Of a stretch of DNA of 64,000 nt, positions 1 through 11,597 are shown in pieces. Below the pieces are notes generated by a model. It worked only from the letters and a program-made list of their open reading frames with translations, searched no databases and was not told the DNA's origin. The position numbers were made by a program, and so were the translations under genes. Numbering within the stretch: the stretch's first letter is position 1; every line of letters begins with the position of its first letter. Source of the stretch: the human T2T-CHM13v2.0 reference genome, Homo sapiens; the NCBI RefSeq assembly GCF_009914755.1, contig NC_060930.1. The stretch is one strand, 5' to 3'.

Positions 1-115
1 TTTATGCTTAAATGTGTACCAGACATCATATATACTGGTTGTACTGAATGAAAGTTTGTAATGTGACAAAACTTTTTGGTGGAATATACAGAGGTATTTT
101 AAAACTGTAACAGCA

Positions 116-411
116 GGCCAGGCAGGTGGCTCACACTTGTAATCCCAGCACTTCGGGAGGCCGAGGCAGGTGGATCATTGGAGGTCAGGAGTTCAAGACC
201 AGCCTGATCAACATGGTGAAACCCCATCGCTACTAAAAATATAAAAAAAAAAATTAGCCGGGCTTCGTGGCACATGCCTGTAGTCCCAGCTACTTGGGAA
301 GCTGAGGCAGGACAATTGCTTGAACCTGGGAGACAGAGGTCACAGTGAGCCTAGATCGTGCCACTGCACTCCACACTGGAAGACAGAGCAAGACTCCATT
401 AAAAAACAAAC
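116..411 (+). mobile_element. Alu (AluS-type), full length
   Basis: Dimeric Alu with A-rich linker and tail; degenerate TSD aaaactgtaacagca (101-115) / aaacctgtaacaaca (412-426). Confidence 0.95.
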
Positions 412-531
412 AAACCTGTAACAACAAAATGGTGAACAACCGTATAATGGTGTTCAAGATTTACAGACTCACACACAAACACACACATATATGCAGTGAT
501 TTCTCATATATTGTCCTGTAATAAATACTAT

Positions 532-1320
532 TGACATGCTAGAGTTCCCTGATCCCTCTCGCAGGACATGCGACAGGGGTGTGGCTGGCCTGCTCAGTTG
601 CCGCAGCTGCTGAAACCCCTTGAGGGAGGGGGACCACGCAGATAGGCAGGTGCAGAGGCCAGGGCGAGTGCTTTGGGCTCTGGACCTGTGGTAGTGTCTA
701 GGGGTGGATGCCTGCAACCCCAGTGTTACAATGCTCTCAGCCTTGCTGTCCGCAGATGGCTTTAAGGGTTAACCAGCTGAATGGACCCTCTGCCTTTTCA
801 CAAGGGCAGAAGGCCAGTATGATAGCTATCTGTATCCTGAGCTCTTGCCTAGCGTCCCGGAAGATTCGGGTCACACATGGGCTTGAAGGTTGAATGAGAG
901 ATCTTGAGTGGTGGAGGTGGCTCTCAGCAGGATGGATGGGGAAGTGAAAGCAGGGGATGGAGTGGGAAGATAATCTTCCCCTGGAGTTGGGCCGCACAGT
1001 GGCCAAACTCCTCTCTGACCACTCCCAAACTCCTCTTGGTATTCAGATGTTCCTCCTCTTCTCTCTTTCTCTGCGGAAGAGTCCGTTGGTCTGCCTGTCT
1101 TACCTCTTCAACTTCCGGTTCACTCTGGAGTCTGAGGTTCAGCATTTATCTGGGTACGGGCTAGGGAGCATGGCAAGCCAAAAGGCAACTTTTTGGGTGG
1201 AAAAACAGGAATGCCTGTTCTCATTTATGGCTACGGGTATCCAGGCTTGAGGATGCGGCCTTTGCCAGGGCATCTTGTACCTTCTTCTACCCAGTATTTC
1301 CGTGTCTTCTGTCTGTATTA
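532..1320 (-). mobile_element. ERV1 solo LTR, LTR1/LTR28-like
   Basis: GC-rich island with 4-bp TSD CTAT (528-531, 1321-1324). Minus strand begins TAATACAGACAGAAGACACGGAAATACTGGGTAGAAG, resembling the LTR1-family start, and ends in CA. Confidence 0.7.
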
Positions 1321-2332
1321 CTATTAACTAGAATTCAGGAAGTTTAGCTTCCCAAACCATTTTATTTCAGAGAAAGTATGAAGAATCTAGTGTCTTAGTT
1401 TCATTCTGATAACATTCTACATGTGTGATATAAATTTTAATAAATATTTTGGTTGCCTGGTAGCTAAATATCCTTAGATGGGGTCCAAAATATATTATGA
1501 ATGATTATATTATGAAATACATTAATATATTAAGTATTCAAATTTTACATTTCCCATAATATATTATGGTTTCAAAATTTTAATAGGTAGTATTGCATTA
1601 TAAGTAACATTATAAATTGCATTTTCATATCTTAGAAAAAATCATATATTAAAATATTTATGAAGAACTTTTAAAAGTCAAATATATTATAATACATTGT
1701 TAATCAATGTGAACAATTTAAATTTAAATTGTCTATTATAATCATTATAGTAGGGCTGCCTACATATTTCAAAAACAAAAAATCTCTAACTTCTCTCTCA
1801 GCCATGCGATATTTTAAAATGACATGAATCTTTTTTAAGTATCATTCCTCACCAGACACCTGTGGGTTTGAGCTCAGAAATGATACAATACTGACTTACT
1901 TCAAGGTAATTTGAGAATTTCAGAAATTTTAAAATACAATCTTGGAAGTGCCAAAATCTGGAACAAAAATAATAACTTGGTGATTTATATCAAGAGCAGC
2001 AAAAATATGGCATATAGTCCACAGAACTGTTTTGCTTAGCTGGCACAATGTTAGAAAATTAACGTGATATTAGTATCTATACAGATATTTCAGTTTGCTA
2101 GGGCCCCACCACTACCTTTTATATCTGGGTTCTTTTATATCTGGGTGGCTTCACCCAATTTACAAAATTCAATTGCCTTGATATTGGCTTTTATTTGCAC
2201 AGCACTTGTTTTGAGAAACAAATTTAAAATTTGAGTTAAATCCTACTGTTTCTAAATAAAAAGACAATAACATAACTTTCTATTGAAATGAGGTTTTATA
2301 TGTAATTTTAACTATTTATTCATATATTGAGG

Positions 2333-3399
2333 TGTTGTGGGAAGTCAGGGACCCCAAACAGAGGGACCGGCTGAAGCCATGGCAGAAGAACGTAGATTGT
2401 GAAGATTTCATGGACATTTATTAGTTCCCCAAATTAATACTTTTATAATTTCTTATGCCTGTCTTTACTGCAATCTCTAAACATAAATTGTAAAGATTTC
2501 ATGGACAATTATCACTTCCCCAATCAATATCCTAGTGATTTCCTATGCCGTCTTTACTTCAATCTCTTAATCCTGTCAGCTGAGGAGGATGTATATCGCC
2601 TCAGGACCCTGTAATAATTGCATTAACTGCACAAATTGTACAGCATGTGTGTTTGAGCAATATGAAATCTGGGCACCTTGAAAAAAGAACAGGATAACAG
2701 CAATGTTTAGGAAACAAGAGAGATAACCTTGAACTCTGACCGCCGGTGAGCTGGGCAGAACAGAGCCATATTTCTCTTCTTTCAAAAGCAAATGGGAGAA
2801 ATATAGCTGAATTCTTTTTCTCAGCAAGGAACATCCCTGAGAAAGAGAATGTGCACCTGGGGGTGGGTCTCTGAACTGGCCCCCCTGGGCGTGGCCATCT
2901 CTTATGGTTGAGACTGCAGGCGTGAAATAGACCCCAGTCTCCCACAGCACTCCCAGGCTTATTAGAAAGAGGAAATTCCTGCCTAATAAATTTTGGTCAG
3001 ACCGGTTGCTCTCAAAACCCTGTCTCCTGATAAGATGTTATCAACGAAATGGTGCCCGAAACTTCATTAGCAATTTTAATTTCACCTCAGTCCTGTGGTC
3101 CTGTGATCTTGCCCTGCCTCCACTTGCCTTGTGATATTCTATTACCTTGTAAAGTACTTGATGTCTGTGACCCACACCTATTCGCACACTCCCTCCCCTT
3201 TTGAAACTCCCTAATAAAAACTTGCTGGGTTTTGTGTCTTGTGGGGCATCACAGAACCTACCAACATGGGATGTCTCCCCCGGATGCCCAGCTTTAAAAT
3301 TTCTCTCTTTTGTACTCTGTCCCTTTATTTCTCAAGCCGGCCGGCACTTAAGGAAAATAGAAAAGAACCTACGTGAATATCAGGGCAGGTTACCTGATA
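2333..3399 (+). mobile_element. MER11 (HERV-K11/HML-8) solo LTR
   Basis: Begins TGTTGTGGGAAGTCAGGGACCCC; internal repeat of aagatttcatggaca; AATAAA near 3213; 6-bp TSD ttgagg (2327-2332) / ctgagg (3400-3405). Confidence 0.88.
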
Positions 3400-4086
3400 C
3401 TGAGGGATCATGTAGAAATATATTTTAAAGGAGGTGAGATAAAACCAAATAAGATAGTTTTTTGCAACACCCTTCTAGACCTTTGTTTATTTCTGTTTCT
3501 CCTTTTTATGCCTCAGCCACATTCTGTATATAATGTCATTTCGTTTTCTGTGTCTCAACAAAATTACCCATTTTAGGCATGTTCTTCCACAGAAAAATCC
3601 ATGTTTCCATCTTACTTTTCCCTCTTTCCTTCTTTTCTTCCTGTCTTTTTCCTCTATAAATTTATATTTTTTTAGGAATATAAATTTCAGTAGGAAGAAG
3701 TGTGAGTGTGTGGGGTGATATATGTATAAAATAGGCTAAACTAATGTTATTTTGAATACTGTAAACAATGCTTTCTCATGCCTAAGGGTGAATATTTTTA
3801 AAAATTCTACCATTTCAAATAAAATTGCAAAGGTTAATTCTGACACTAGAAAGGAAAAGTCACATTTCATTAGATTTCCTCATTCGCTGCACTTGTGACT
3901 CACAAAAATATAAATGAATTTGTCAGAAATTGGGGGTACTTAGTGAAGATAACTGACATTGACTTTGATGTTCAAGCCAGGCTAAAGTCAGTAAATAATC
4001 ATGGTTATATCCTAAACTCTCCCATTACTATGTTACATTCTACAATGGTCTGCTCTACAATAATTGCAGCCGCTGAAGGAACTCAC

Positions 4087-4281
4087 TGTCATAGCAATAT
4101 CCATGCAGGCAAGGGCTGGAACTGCACTCATTGACATTGATCTCACAGCGTGGACCTGAAAAGCTGGCACACTGGCACCGGAACTCAAGGGGAAACATTT
4201 CCAAATCCATTTTCTCTCCACGCACAGCTCCATTCTCACAAGAATCACTAGCTTTGCAAGGTCCAAATTCACAGTGATAAC
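4087..4281 (-). pseudogene. EYS: EGF-coding pseudoexon (candidate lost EYS exon) in the intron downstream of the intact exon
   Basis: 195-nt stop-free phase 1-1 segment, (G)YHCEFGPCKASDSCENGAVRGEKMDLEMFPLEFRCQCASFSGPRCEINVNECSSSPCLHGYCYD. Donor GACA|GTGAGT (4086-4081); polypyrimidine tract TTGATTCTTTCTTTTCC followed by AA|GT in place of AG|GT. Same strand as the intact exon. Confidence 0.85.
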
Positions 4282-4676
4282 TTGGAAAAGAAAGAATCAA
4301 AGTGCCAATGCTTATTGAATGAACCAATTCTTACAACTGCTGTCATTCACCTGGCATATTTCAGCATAAAGGCATCCAATTTATTCTCTATTCTCTTCCA
4401 TATTATCATTGTGACTCTCTCTCTCTCTCCCTTTCCCTCTACATTACAATTTAAGAAAGAAATGTTATTTATGATTTCTATGCTTCATCTAACAAAGTAC
4501 CAGCAGGTAGCAATGATAAGTGACAGCATTTTTAAAAATTATATTTTGTTTCTTCATACTTCCCACTTCTTGTTCAACAATGTTCTCTGAAGACATTGCA
4601 ATTAAGAAAGTAGATTATTGGGCAACCCCCTTTGGGTCCCCTCCCTTTGCATGGGAGCTCTGTTTTCACTCTGTTA

Positions 4677-4859
<183 letters not shown>

Positions 4860-5126
4860 CTAAAGGCTTGCCATTGTTCCTGCACGGCTAAGTGCCTGCG
4901 TTCATCCTAATCGAGCTGAACGCTAGTCACTGGGTTCCACGGTTCTCTTCCATGACCCACGGCTTCTAATAGAGCTATAACACTTACCGCATGGCCCAAG
5001 ATTCCATTCCTCGGAATCCGTGAGGCCAAGAGCCCCAGGTCAGAGAACACAAGGCTTGCCACCATCTTGGAAGCGGGTCACCGCCATCTTGGGACCTCTG
5101 TGAGCAAGGACCACCCGGTAACATTT

Positions 5127-5144
5127 TGGCGACCACGAAGGGAC
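5127..5144 (+). promoter_or_regulatory. Retroviral primer binding site TGGCGACCACGAAGGGAC
   Basis: 18-mer starting TGG, 3 nt after the U5 end (...GTAACA, 5123). Confidence 0.85.
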
Positions 5145-6920
5145 CTCCAAAGTGGTAATGTTGGACCACTTTCGCTTGCTATTCTGTCCTATCCTTCCTT
5201 AGAACTGGAGGAAAATACCGGGCACCTGTCCGCCAGTTAAAAACGATTAGCATGGCCGCTGGACTTAAGACTTAGGTGTGAGGCTATCTGGGGAAGGGCT
5301 TTCTAACAACCCCCGACCCTTCTATTGGGGATGTTGATCTGCCTGGAGCCAGCTTCCACTTTCAATTTTCTTGGAGAAGCTGAGGACCGACTAGAGGTAG
5401 AAAGCAGCTGTCCCGAACTCCCGGCAGTAGCCGGTTAAGATCATGGCACAGCCAGAAGTCTCTACCCAGCAGTCGCCCATGCGTGCACCCCTACCTTTCC
5501 TTCTGACCCACACCTCCTGGGTCCCGACCACGACTTTTTTGAAAGTGTAGCCCCAAAATTCTCCTTACCTCTGAATCTACTTCCTCTGATCCCTGCCTCC
5601 TAGGTACTAATGGTTCAGACTTTCATTTCTTCTAGCAAGTTGTATCTCCAAAGGGATCTAAGGAGGCTCTACACTGTGTCCTTAGGCACCTAGGCTATAA
5701 CCCAGGGAGTCTTATCCCTGTTATCCCTCCTGATTTAGGTATACAGCTGTCTACATGGGCAGTTACGTGGGACCCGTTCCCCACCACCTGTGCCAGGGCC
5801 CCAAGTTTGTAATGGCTAAGAGAGAGAGACGGAGAGAGAGACAAAAAGGGAGTCAAAGAGAAAAAGAAAGAAAAAGATATTAATAGTTAAAAAAAAAAAG
5901 TGTTCCCTATTCATTTAAAAGCCAGGGTAAATTTAAAACCTGTAATTGATAATTGCCACTTTGTTGTCAGTGTAAATAAGGGCTTAGCAAATCCTTAACC
6001 CAGTAACCCACAGATGGGCCAAATGCATTCAGTCAGTCGGTAGGGACAACTGCTTCACTAAAAGTAGAAAAGTAACTTTTAGAGGAAACCTCGTTGTGAG
6101 CACACCTCACCAGTTCAGAGTTATTCTAAGTCAAAAAAAAAAAAAAAAAAAAAAAAGCAAAATGTAGCTTTCTAACTCAAAAATATTAAAGTATGGGGCT
6201 ATTATGTTAGAAAAAGCTAATGTAACTCCAACCACTGATAATTCCCTTAACCCAGCAGATTTCCTAATGGGGGATTTAAATCTTAATTACCATACAAAGG
6301 TCCGACCAGAGCTAGGAGGAACTCCCTTCAGGACAGGATGATAGATGGTTCCTCCCAGGTGATTGAGGAAAAAACCACAATGGGTATTCAGTAATTGATA
6401 AGGAGACTTTTGTGGAAGCAGAGTTAGAAAAATTGCCTAATAATTGGTCTCCTCAAAGGTGCAAACTGTTTGCACTCAGCCAAGCCTTAAAGTACTTACA
6501 GAATCAAAAGACTATCTCAATCCAGACTCAAAAGTTTTGCTACACCCTCTCTGAAATGAATTTGCATAAGAACTGTTGTTTACAAGAATGCATCTTGATG
6601 GGGCAGCTGGGTTGTTGTGAAATACTCAGAAACCCAGCCCAGCTCTAGGACTCACCCTGAGTGCAAAGGCAATGTTAGGCATGCTGGTAAAGGACCACTA
6701 GAATCCAGCATCCTGGATCCCTTTTTTTGTGGTCAAGAGAGGCGGGTAAAACAGATGCAGGACTGCTACATAGGTGAGTGTAACTAATCAGATAAGCAGA
6801 GGTCCATGGGTGGTTACGCACCTAGAAAGGAATAAGCATTAGGACCATAGAGGATGCTCTAGGACTAATGCTCATCGGAAAATGACTAGGGGTGCTGGCA
6901 TCCCTATGTCCTTTTATCAG

Positions 6921-8368
6921 ATGGGAAACGTTTCCCCCAAGGCAAAAATGCCCCTAAGATGTATTCTGGAGAATTAAGACCAATTTGACCCTCAGACGCT
7001 AAGAAAGAAATGACTTATATTCTTCTGCAGTACCGCCTGGCCACTATACCCTCTTCAAGGGGGGAGAAACCTGGCCTCCTGAGGGAAGTATAAATTATAA
7101 CACCATCTTACAGCTAGACCTGTTTTGTAGGAAAAAGGCAAATGGAGTGAAGTGCCATATGTACAAACTTTCTTTTCATTAAGAGACAACTGGCAATTAT
7201 GTAAAAAGTGTGATTTATGCCCTACAGGAAGCCCTCAGTCTACCTCCCTACCCCAGTGTCCCCCTAACTCTTTCCCCAATGAATAAGGACCCCCCTTCAA
7301 CCCAAACGGTCCAAAAGGAGATAAATAAACAATTAACCAAAGAGTGCCAATGTTCCCCAATTATGCCCCCTCCAAGCGGTGGGAGGAGGAGAATTCGGCC
7401 CAGCCAGCGTGCATGTACTTTTTTCTTTCTCAGACTTAAAGCAAATTAAAATAGACCTAGGTAAATTCTCAGATAACCCTGATGGCTATATTGATGTTTT
7501 ACAAGAGTTAGGGCAATCCTTTGATCTGACATGGAGAGATATAATGTTACTGCTAAATCAGACACTAACCCCAAATGAGAGAAGTGCCACCATAACTGCA
7601 GCCCGAGAGTTTGGTGATCTCTGGTATATCAGTCAGGTCAATGATAGGATGACAACAGAGGAAAAAGAATGATTCCCCACAGGCCAGCAGGCAGTTCCCA
7701 GTATAGGCCCTCACTGGGACACAGACTCAGAACATGGAGATTGGTGCCACAAACATTTGCTAACTTGCGTGCTAGAAGGACTAAGGAAAACTAGGAAGAC
7801 TATGAATTATTCAATGATGTCCACTATAACACGGGGAAAGGAAGAAAATCCTACCGCCTTTCTGGAGAGACTAAGGGAGGCGTTGAGGAAGCATACCTCT
7901 CTCACCTGATTCTATTGAAGGCCAACTAATCTTAAAGGATAAATTTATCACTCAATCAGCTGCAGACATTAGAAAAAAAAACTTCAAAAGTCTGCCATAG
8001 GCCCGGAGCAAAACTTAGAAACCCTATTGAACGTGGCAACCTTGGTTTTTTATAAAAGAGATCAGGAGGAGCAGGCGGAACGGGACAAATGGGATAAAAA
8101 AAAGGCTACCGCTTTAGTCATGGCCCTCAGGCAAGCGGACTTCGGAGGCTCTGGAAAAGGGAAAAGCTGGGAAAATTGAATGCCTAATAGGCCTTGCTTC
8201 CAGTGCAGTCTACAAAGACACTTTAAAAAAGATTGTCCAAGTAGAAGTAAGCTGCCCCCTTGTCCATACCCCTTATGTCAAGGGAATCACTGGAAGGCCC
8301 ACTGCCCCAAGGGACGAAGGTCCTCTGAGTCAGAAGCCACTAACCAGATGATCCACCAGCAGGACTGA
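6921..8368 (+). pseudogene. HERV-W gag, disrupted
   Basis: ATG GGA AAC start (MGNVSPKAKMPLRCILEN*, stop 6975-6977); capsid fragment DLGKFSDNPDGYIDVLQ; degenerate zinc knuckles CFQCSLQRHFKKDC; ends QQD-TGA; several frameshifts and stops. Confidence 0.9.
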
Positions 8369-10960
8369 GGGTGCCTGGGGCAAGTGCCAGCCCATGCCAT
8401 CACCCTCACAGAGCCCCAGGTATGCTTGACCATTGAGGGCCAGGAGGTTAACTGTCTCCTGGACACCGGTGCGGCCTTCTCAGTCTTACTCTCCTGTCTT
8501 GGACAACTGTCCTCCAGATCTGTCACTATCCGAGGGGGTCCTAGGACAGCCAGTCACTAGATACTTCTCCCAGCCACTAAGCTGTGATGGGGAGCTTTAC
8601 TCTTTTCACATGCTTTTCTAATTATGCCTGAAAGCCCCAATCCCTTGTTAGGGAGAGACATTCTAGCAAAAGCAGGGGCCATTATACACGTGAACATAGG
8701 AGAAGGAACACCCGTTGGTTGTCCCCTGCTTGAGGAAGGAATTAATCCTAAAGTCTAGGCAACAGAAGGACAATATAGACGAGCAAAGAATGCCCATCCT
8801 GTTCAAGTAAAACTAAGGGATCCCACCTCCTTTCCCTACCAAAGGCAGTACCCCCTTAGACCTGAGGCCCAACAAGAACTCCAAAAAATTAAGGACCTAA
8901 AAGCCCAAGGCCTAGTAAAACCATGCAATAGCCCCTGCAGTATTCCAATTTTAGGAGTAAAGAAACCCCATGGATAATAGAGATTAGTGTAACATCTCAG
9001 GGCTATCAATGATGCCATTGTCCCTCTATACCCAGCTGTACCTAGCCCTTATACTCTGCTTTCCCAAATACCGGAGGAAGCAGAGTGGTTTACAGTCCTG
9101 GACCTTAAGGATGTCTTTTTCTGCATCCCTGTACATCCTGACTATCAATTCTTGGTTGCCTTTGAAGAGCCTTCAAACCCAACGTCTCAACTCACCTGGA
9201 CTGTTTTACCCCAAGGGTTCAGAGATAGCCCCCATCTATTAGGCATTAGCCCAAGACTTGAGTCAATTCTCATACCTGGACACTCTTGTCCTTTGGTACA
9301 TGGATGATTTACTTTTAGCTGCCCTTTCAGAAACCTTGTGCCATCAAGCCACCCAAGAGCTCTTACATTTCCTCGCTACCTGTGGCTACAAGGTTTCCAA
9401 ACAAAAGGCTCAGCTCTGCTCACAGCAGTTTAAATACTTAGGGCTAAAATCATCCAAAGGCACCAGGGCCCTCAGTCAGGAATGTATCCTGCCTATACTG
9501 GCTTATCCTCATCCCAAAACCCTAAAGCAACTAAGAGGTTCCTTGGCATAACAGGTTTCTGCCGAATATGGATTCCTAGGTATGGCAAAATAGCCAGACC
9601 ATTATATACACTAATTAAGGAAACTCAGAAATCCAATACCCATTTAGTAAGATGGACACCTGAATCAGAAGTGGCTTTCCAGGCCCTAAAGAAGGCCCTA
9701 ACCCAAGCCCCAGTGTTAAGCTTGTCAATGGGGCAAGACTTGACTTTATATGTCACAGAAAAGAACAGGAATAGCTCTAGGAGTCCTTACACAGGTCCGA
9801 GGGACAAGCTTGCAACCTGTGGCATACCTGAGTAAGGAAACTGATGTAGTGGCAAGGGTTGGCCTCATGGTTTACAGGTAGTGGCAGCAGTAGCAGGCTT
9901 AGTATCTGAAGCAGTTAAAATAATACAGGGATCTTACTGTGTGGACATCCATGATGTGAATGGCATACTAACTGCTAAAGGAGACTTGTGGCTGTCAGAC
10001 AACCATTTACTTAAATATCAGGCTCTATTACTTGAAGGGCCAGTGCTGCGACTGCGCACTTGTGCAACTCTTAACCCAGCCACATTTCTTCCAGACAATG
10101 AAGAAAAGATAGAACATAACTGTCAACAAGTAATTGCTCAAACATACGCCACTTGAGGGGACATTTTAGAGGTTCCCTTGACTGATCCCGACCTTAACTT
10201 GTGTACTGATGGAAGTTCCTTTGTAGAAAAAGGACTTTGAAAAGCGAGGTATGCAGTGGTCAGTGATAATGGAATACTTGAAAGTAATCCCTTCACTGCA
10301 GGAACTAGTGCTCAGCTGGCAGAACTAATAGCCCTCACTCAGGCACTAAAATTAGGAGAAGGAAAAAGGGTAAATATATACACAGAATCTAAGTATGCTT
10401 ACCTAGTCCTCCATGCCCATGCAGCAATATGGAGAGAAAGGGAATTCCTAACTTCCGAGGGAACACCTATCAAACATCAGGAAGCCATTAGGAGATTATT
10501 ATTGGCTGTATAGAAACCTAAAGAGGTGGCTGTCTTACACTGCTGGGGTCATCAGAAAGGAAAGGAAAGGAAAATAGAAGAGAACCGCCAAGCGGATATT
10601 GAAGCCAAAAGAGCCACAAGGCAGGACCCTCCATTAGAAATGCTTATAGAAGGATCCCTAGTATGGGGTAATCCCCTCCGGGAAACCAAGCCCCAATACT
10701 CAGCAGGAGAAGTAGAATGGGGAACCTCACAAGGACATAGTTTTCTCCCCTCAGGATGGCTAGCCACTGAAGAAGGAGAAATACTGTTGCCTGCAGCTAA
10801 CCAATGGAAATTACTTAAAACCCTTCACCAAACCTTTCACTTAGGCATAGATAGCACCGATCAGATGGCCAAATTATTATTTACTGGACCGGGCCTTTTC
10901 AAAACTATCAAGCAGATAGTCAGGGCCTGTGAAGTGTGCCAAAGAAATAATCCCCTGCAT
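8369..10960 (+). pseudogene. HERV-W pro-pol, disrupted and truncated in integrase
   Basis: Protease LDTG (~8459-8470), RT LPQG (~9206) and YMDD (~9297-9308), RNase H TDGSS/SAQLAELIAL, integrase HHCC (LHQTFHLG...CEVC) and then truncation. Confidence 0.92.
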
Positions 10961-10980
10961 TGCAGGCCATACATTTCAAT

Positions 10981-11214
10981 CCCTGTATCTTTAACCTCCT
11001 TGTTAAGTTTGTCTCTTCCAGAATAGAAGCTCTAAAACTACAAATCGTTCTTCAAATGGAGCCCCAAATGCAGTCCATGACTAAGGTCTACCGCAGACCC
11101 CTGGACTGACCAGCTAGCCCATGCTCTGAAGTTAATGACATTGAAGACACCCCTCCCGAGGAAATCTCAACTGCACAACCCCTACTATGCCCCAGTTCAG
11201 CAGGAAGCAGTTAG
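10981..11214 (+). pseudogene. HERV-W env remnant (cytoplasmic tail only)
   Basis: PCIFNLLVKFVSSRIEALKLQIVLQMEPQMQSMTKVYRRPLD*PASPCSEVNDIEDTPPEEISTAQPLLCPSSAGSS*, homologous to the syncytin-1 C-terminus; SU and most of TM absent. Confidence 0.9.
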
Positions 11215-11272
11215 GGCAGTCATCGGACAATCTCCCCAACAGCTCTTGGGATTTCCTGTTGAGAGGGGGAAC

Positions 11273-11597
11273 TGAGAGACAGAACTAGCTGGATTTCCTA
11301 GGCCGACTAAGAATCCCTAAGCCTAGCTGGGAAGGTGACCGCTTCCACCTTTAAACAAGAGGCTTGCAACTTAATTCACACACGACCAATCAGATAGTAA
11401 GGAGAGCTCACTAAAATGCTAATTAGGCAACAACAGGAGGTAAAGAAATAGCCAATCATCTGTTGCCCGAGAGCACAGCGGGAGGGACAATGATCGGGAT
11501 ATAAAACCAGGCATTCGAGCTGGCAATGGCAACCCCCTTTGGGTCGCCTCCCTTTGTATGGGAGCTCTGTTTTCACTCTATTAAATCTTGCAACAGC
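11273..11597 (+). promoter_or_regulatory. LTR17 U3-R with CCAAT boxes, TATA box and poly(A) signal
   Basis: Polypurine tract GAGAGGGGGA (11261-11270) then TGAGAGAC; CCAAT at ~11386 and ~11452; TATAAA 11500-11505; ATTAAA 11580-11585. Confidence 0.85.

Noticed and set aside
4055-4327. 90-aa ORF as a standalone EGF microprotein gene
   Set aside because: The start is non-ATG, and the EGF similarity begins and ends exactly at splice-site-like sequences, so it is an exon remnant.
10526-11026. 166-aa ORF as a functional retroviral protein
   Set aside because: RNase H end/integrase N-terminal fragment running across a deletion junction; no catalytic core, and upstream pol is broken.
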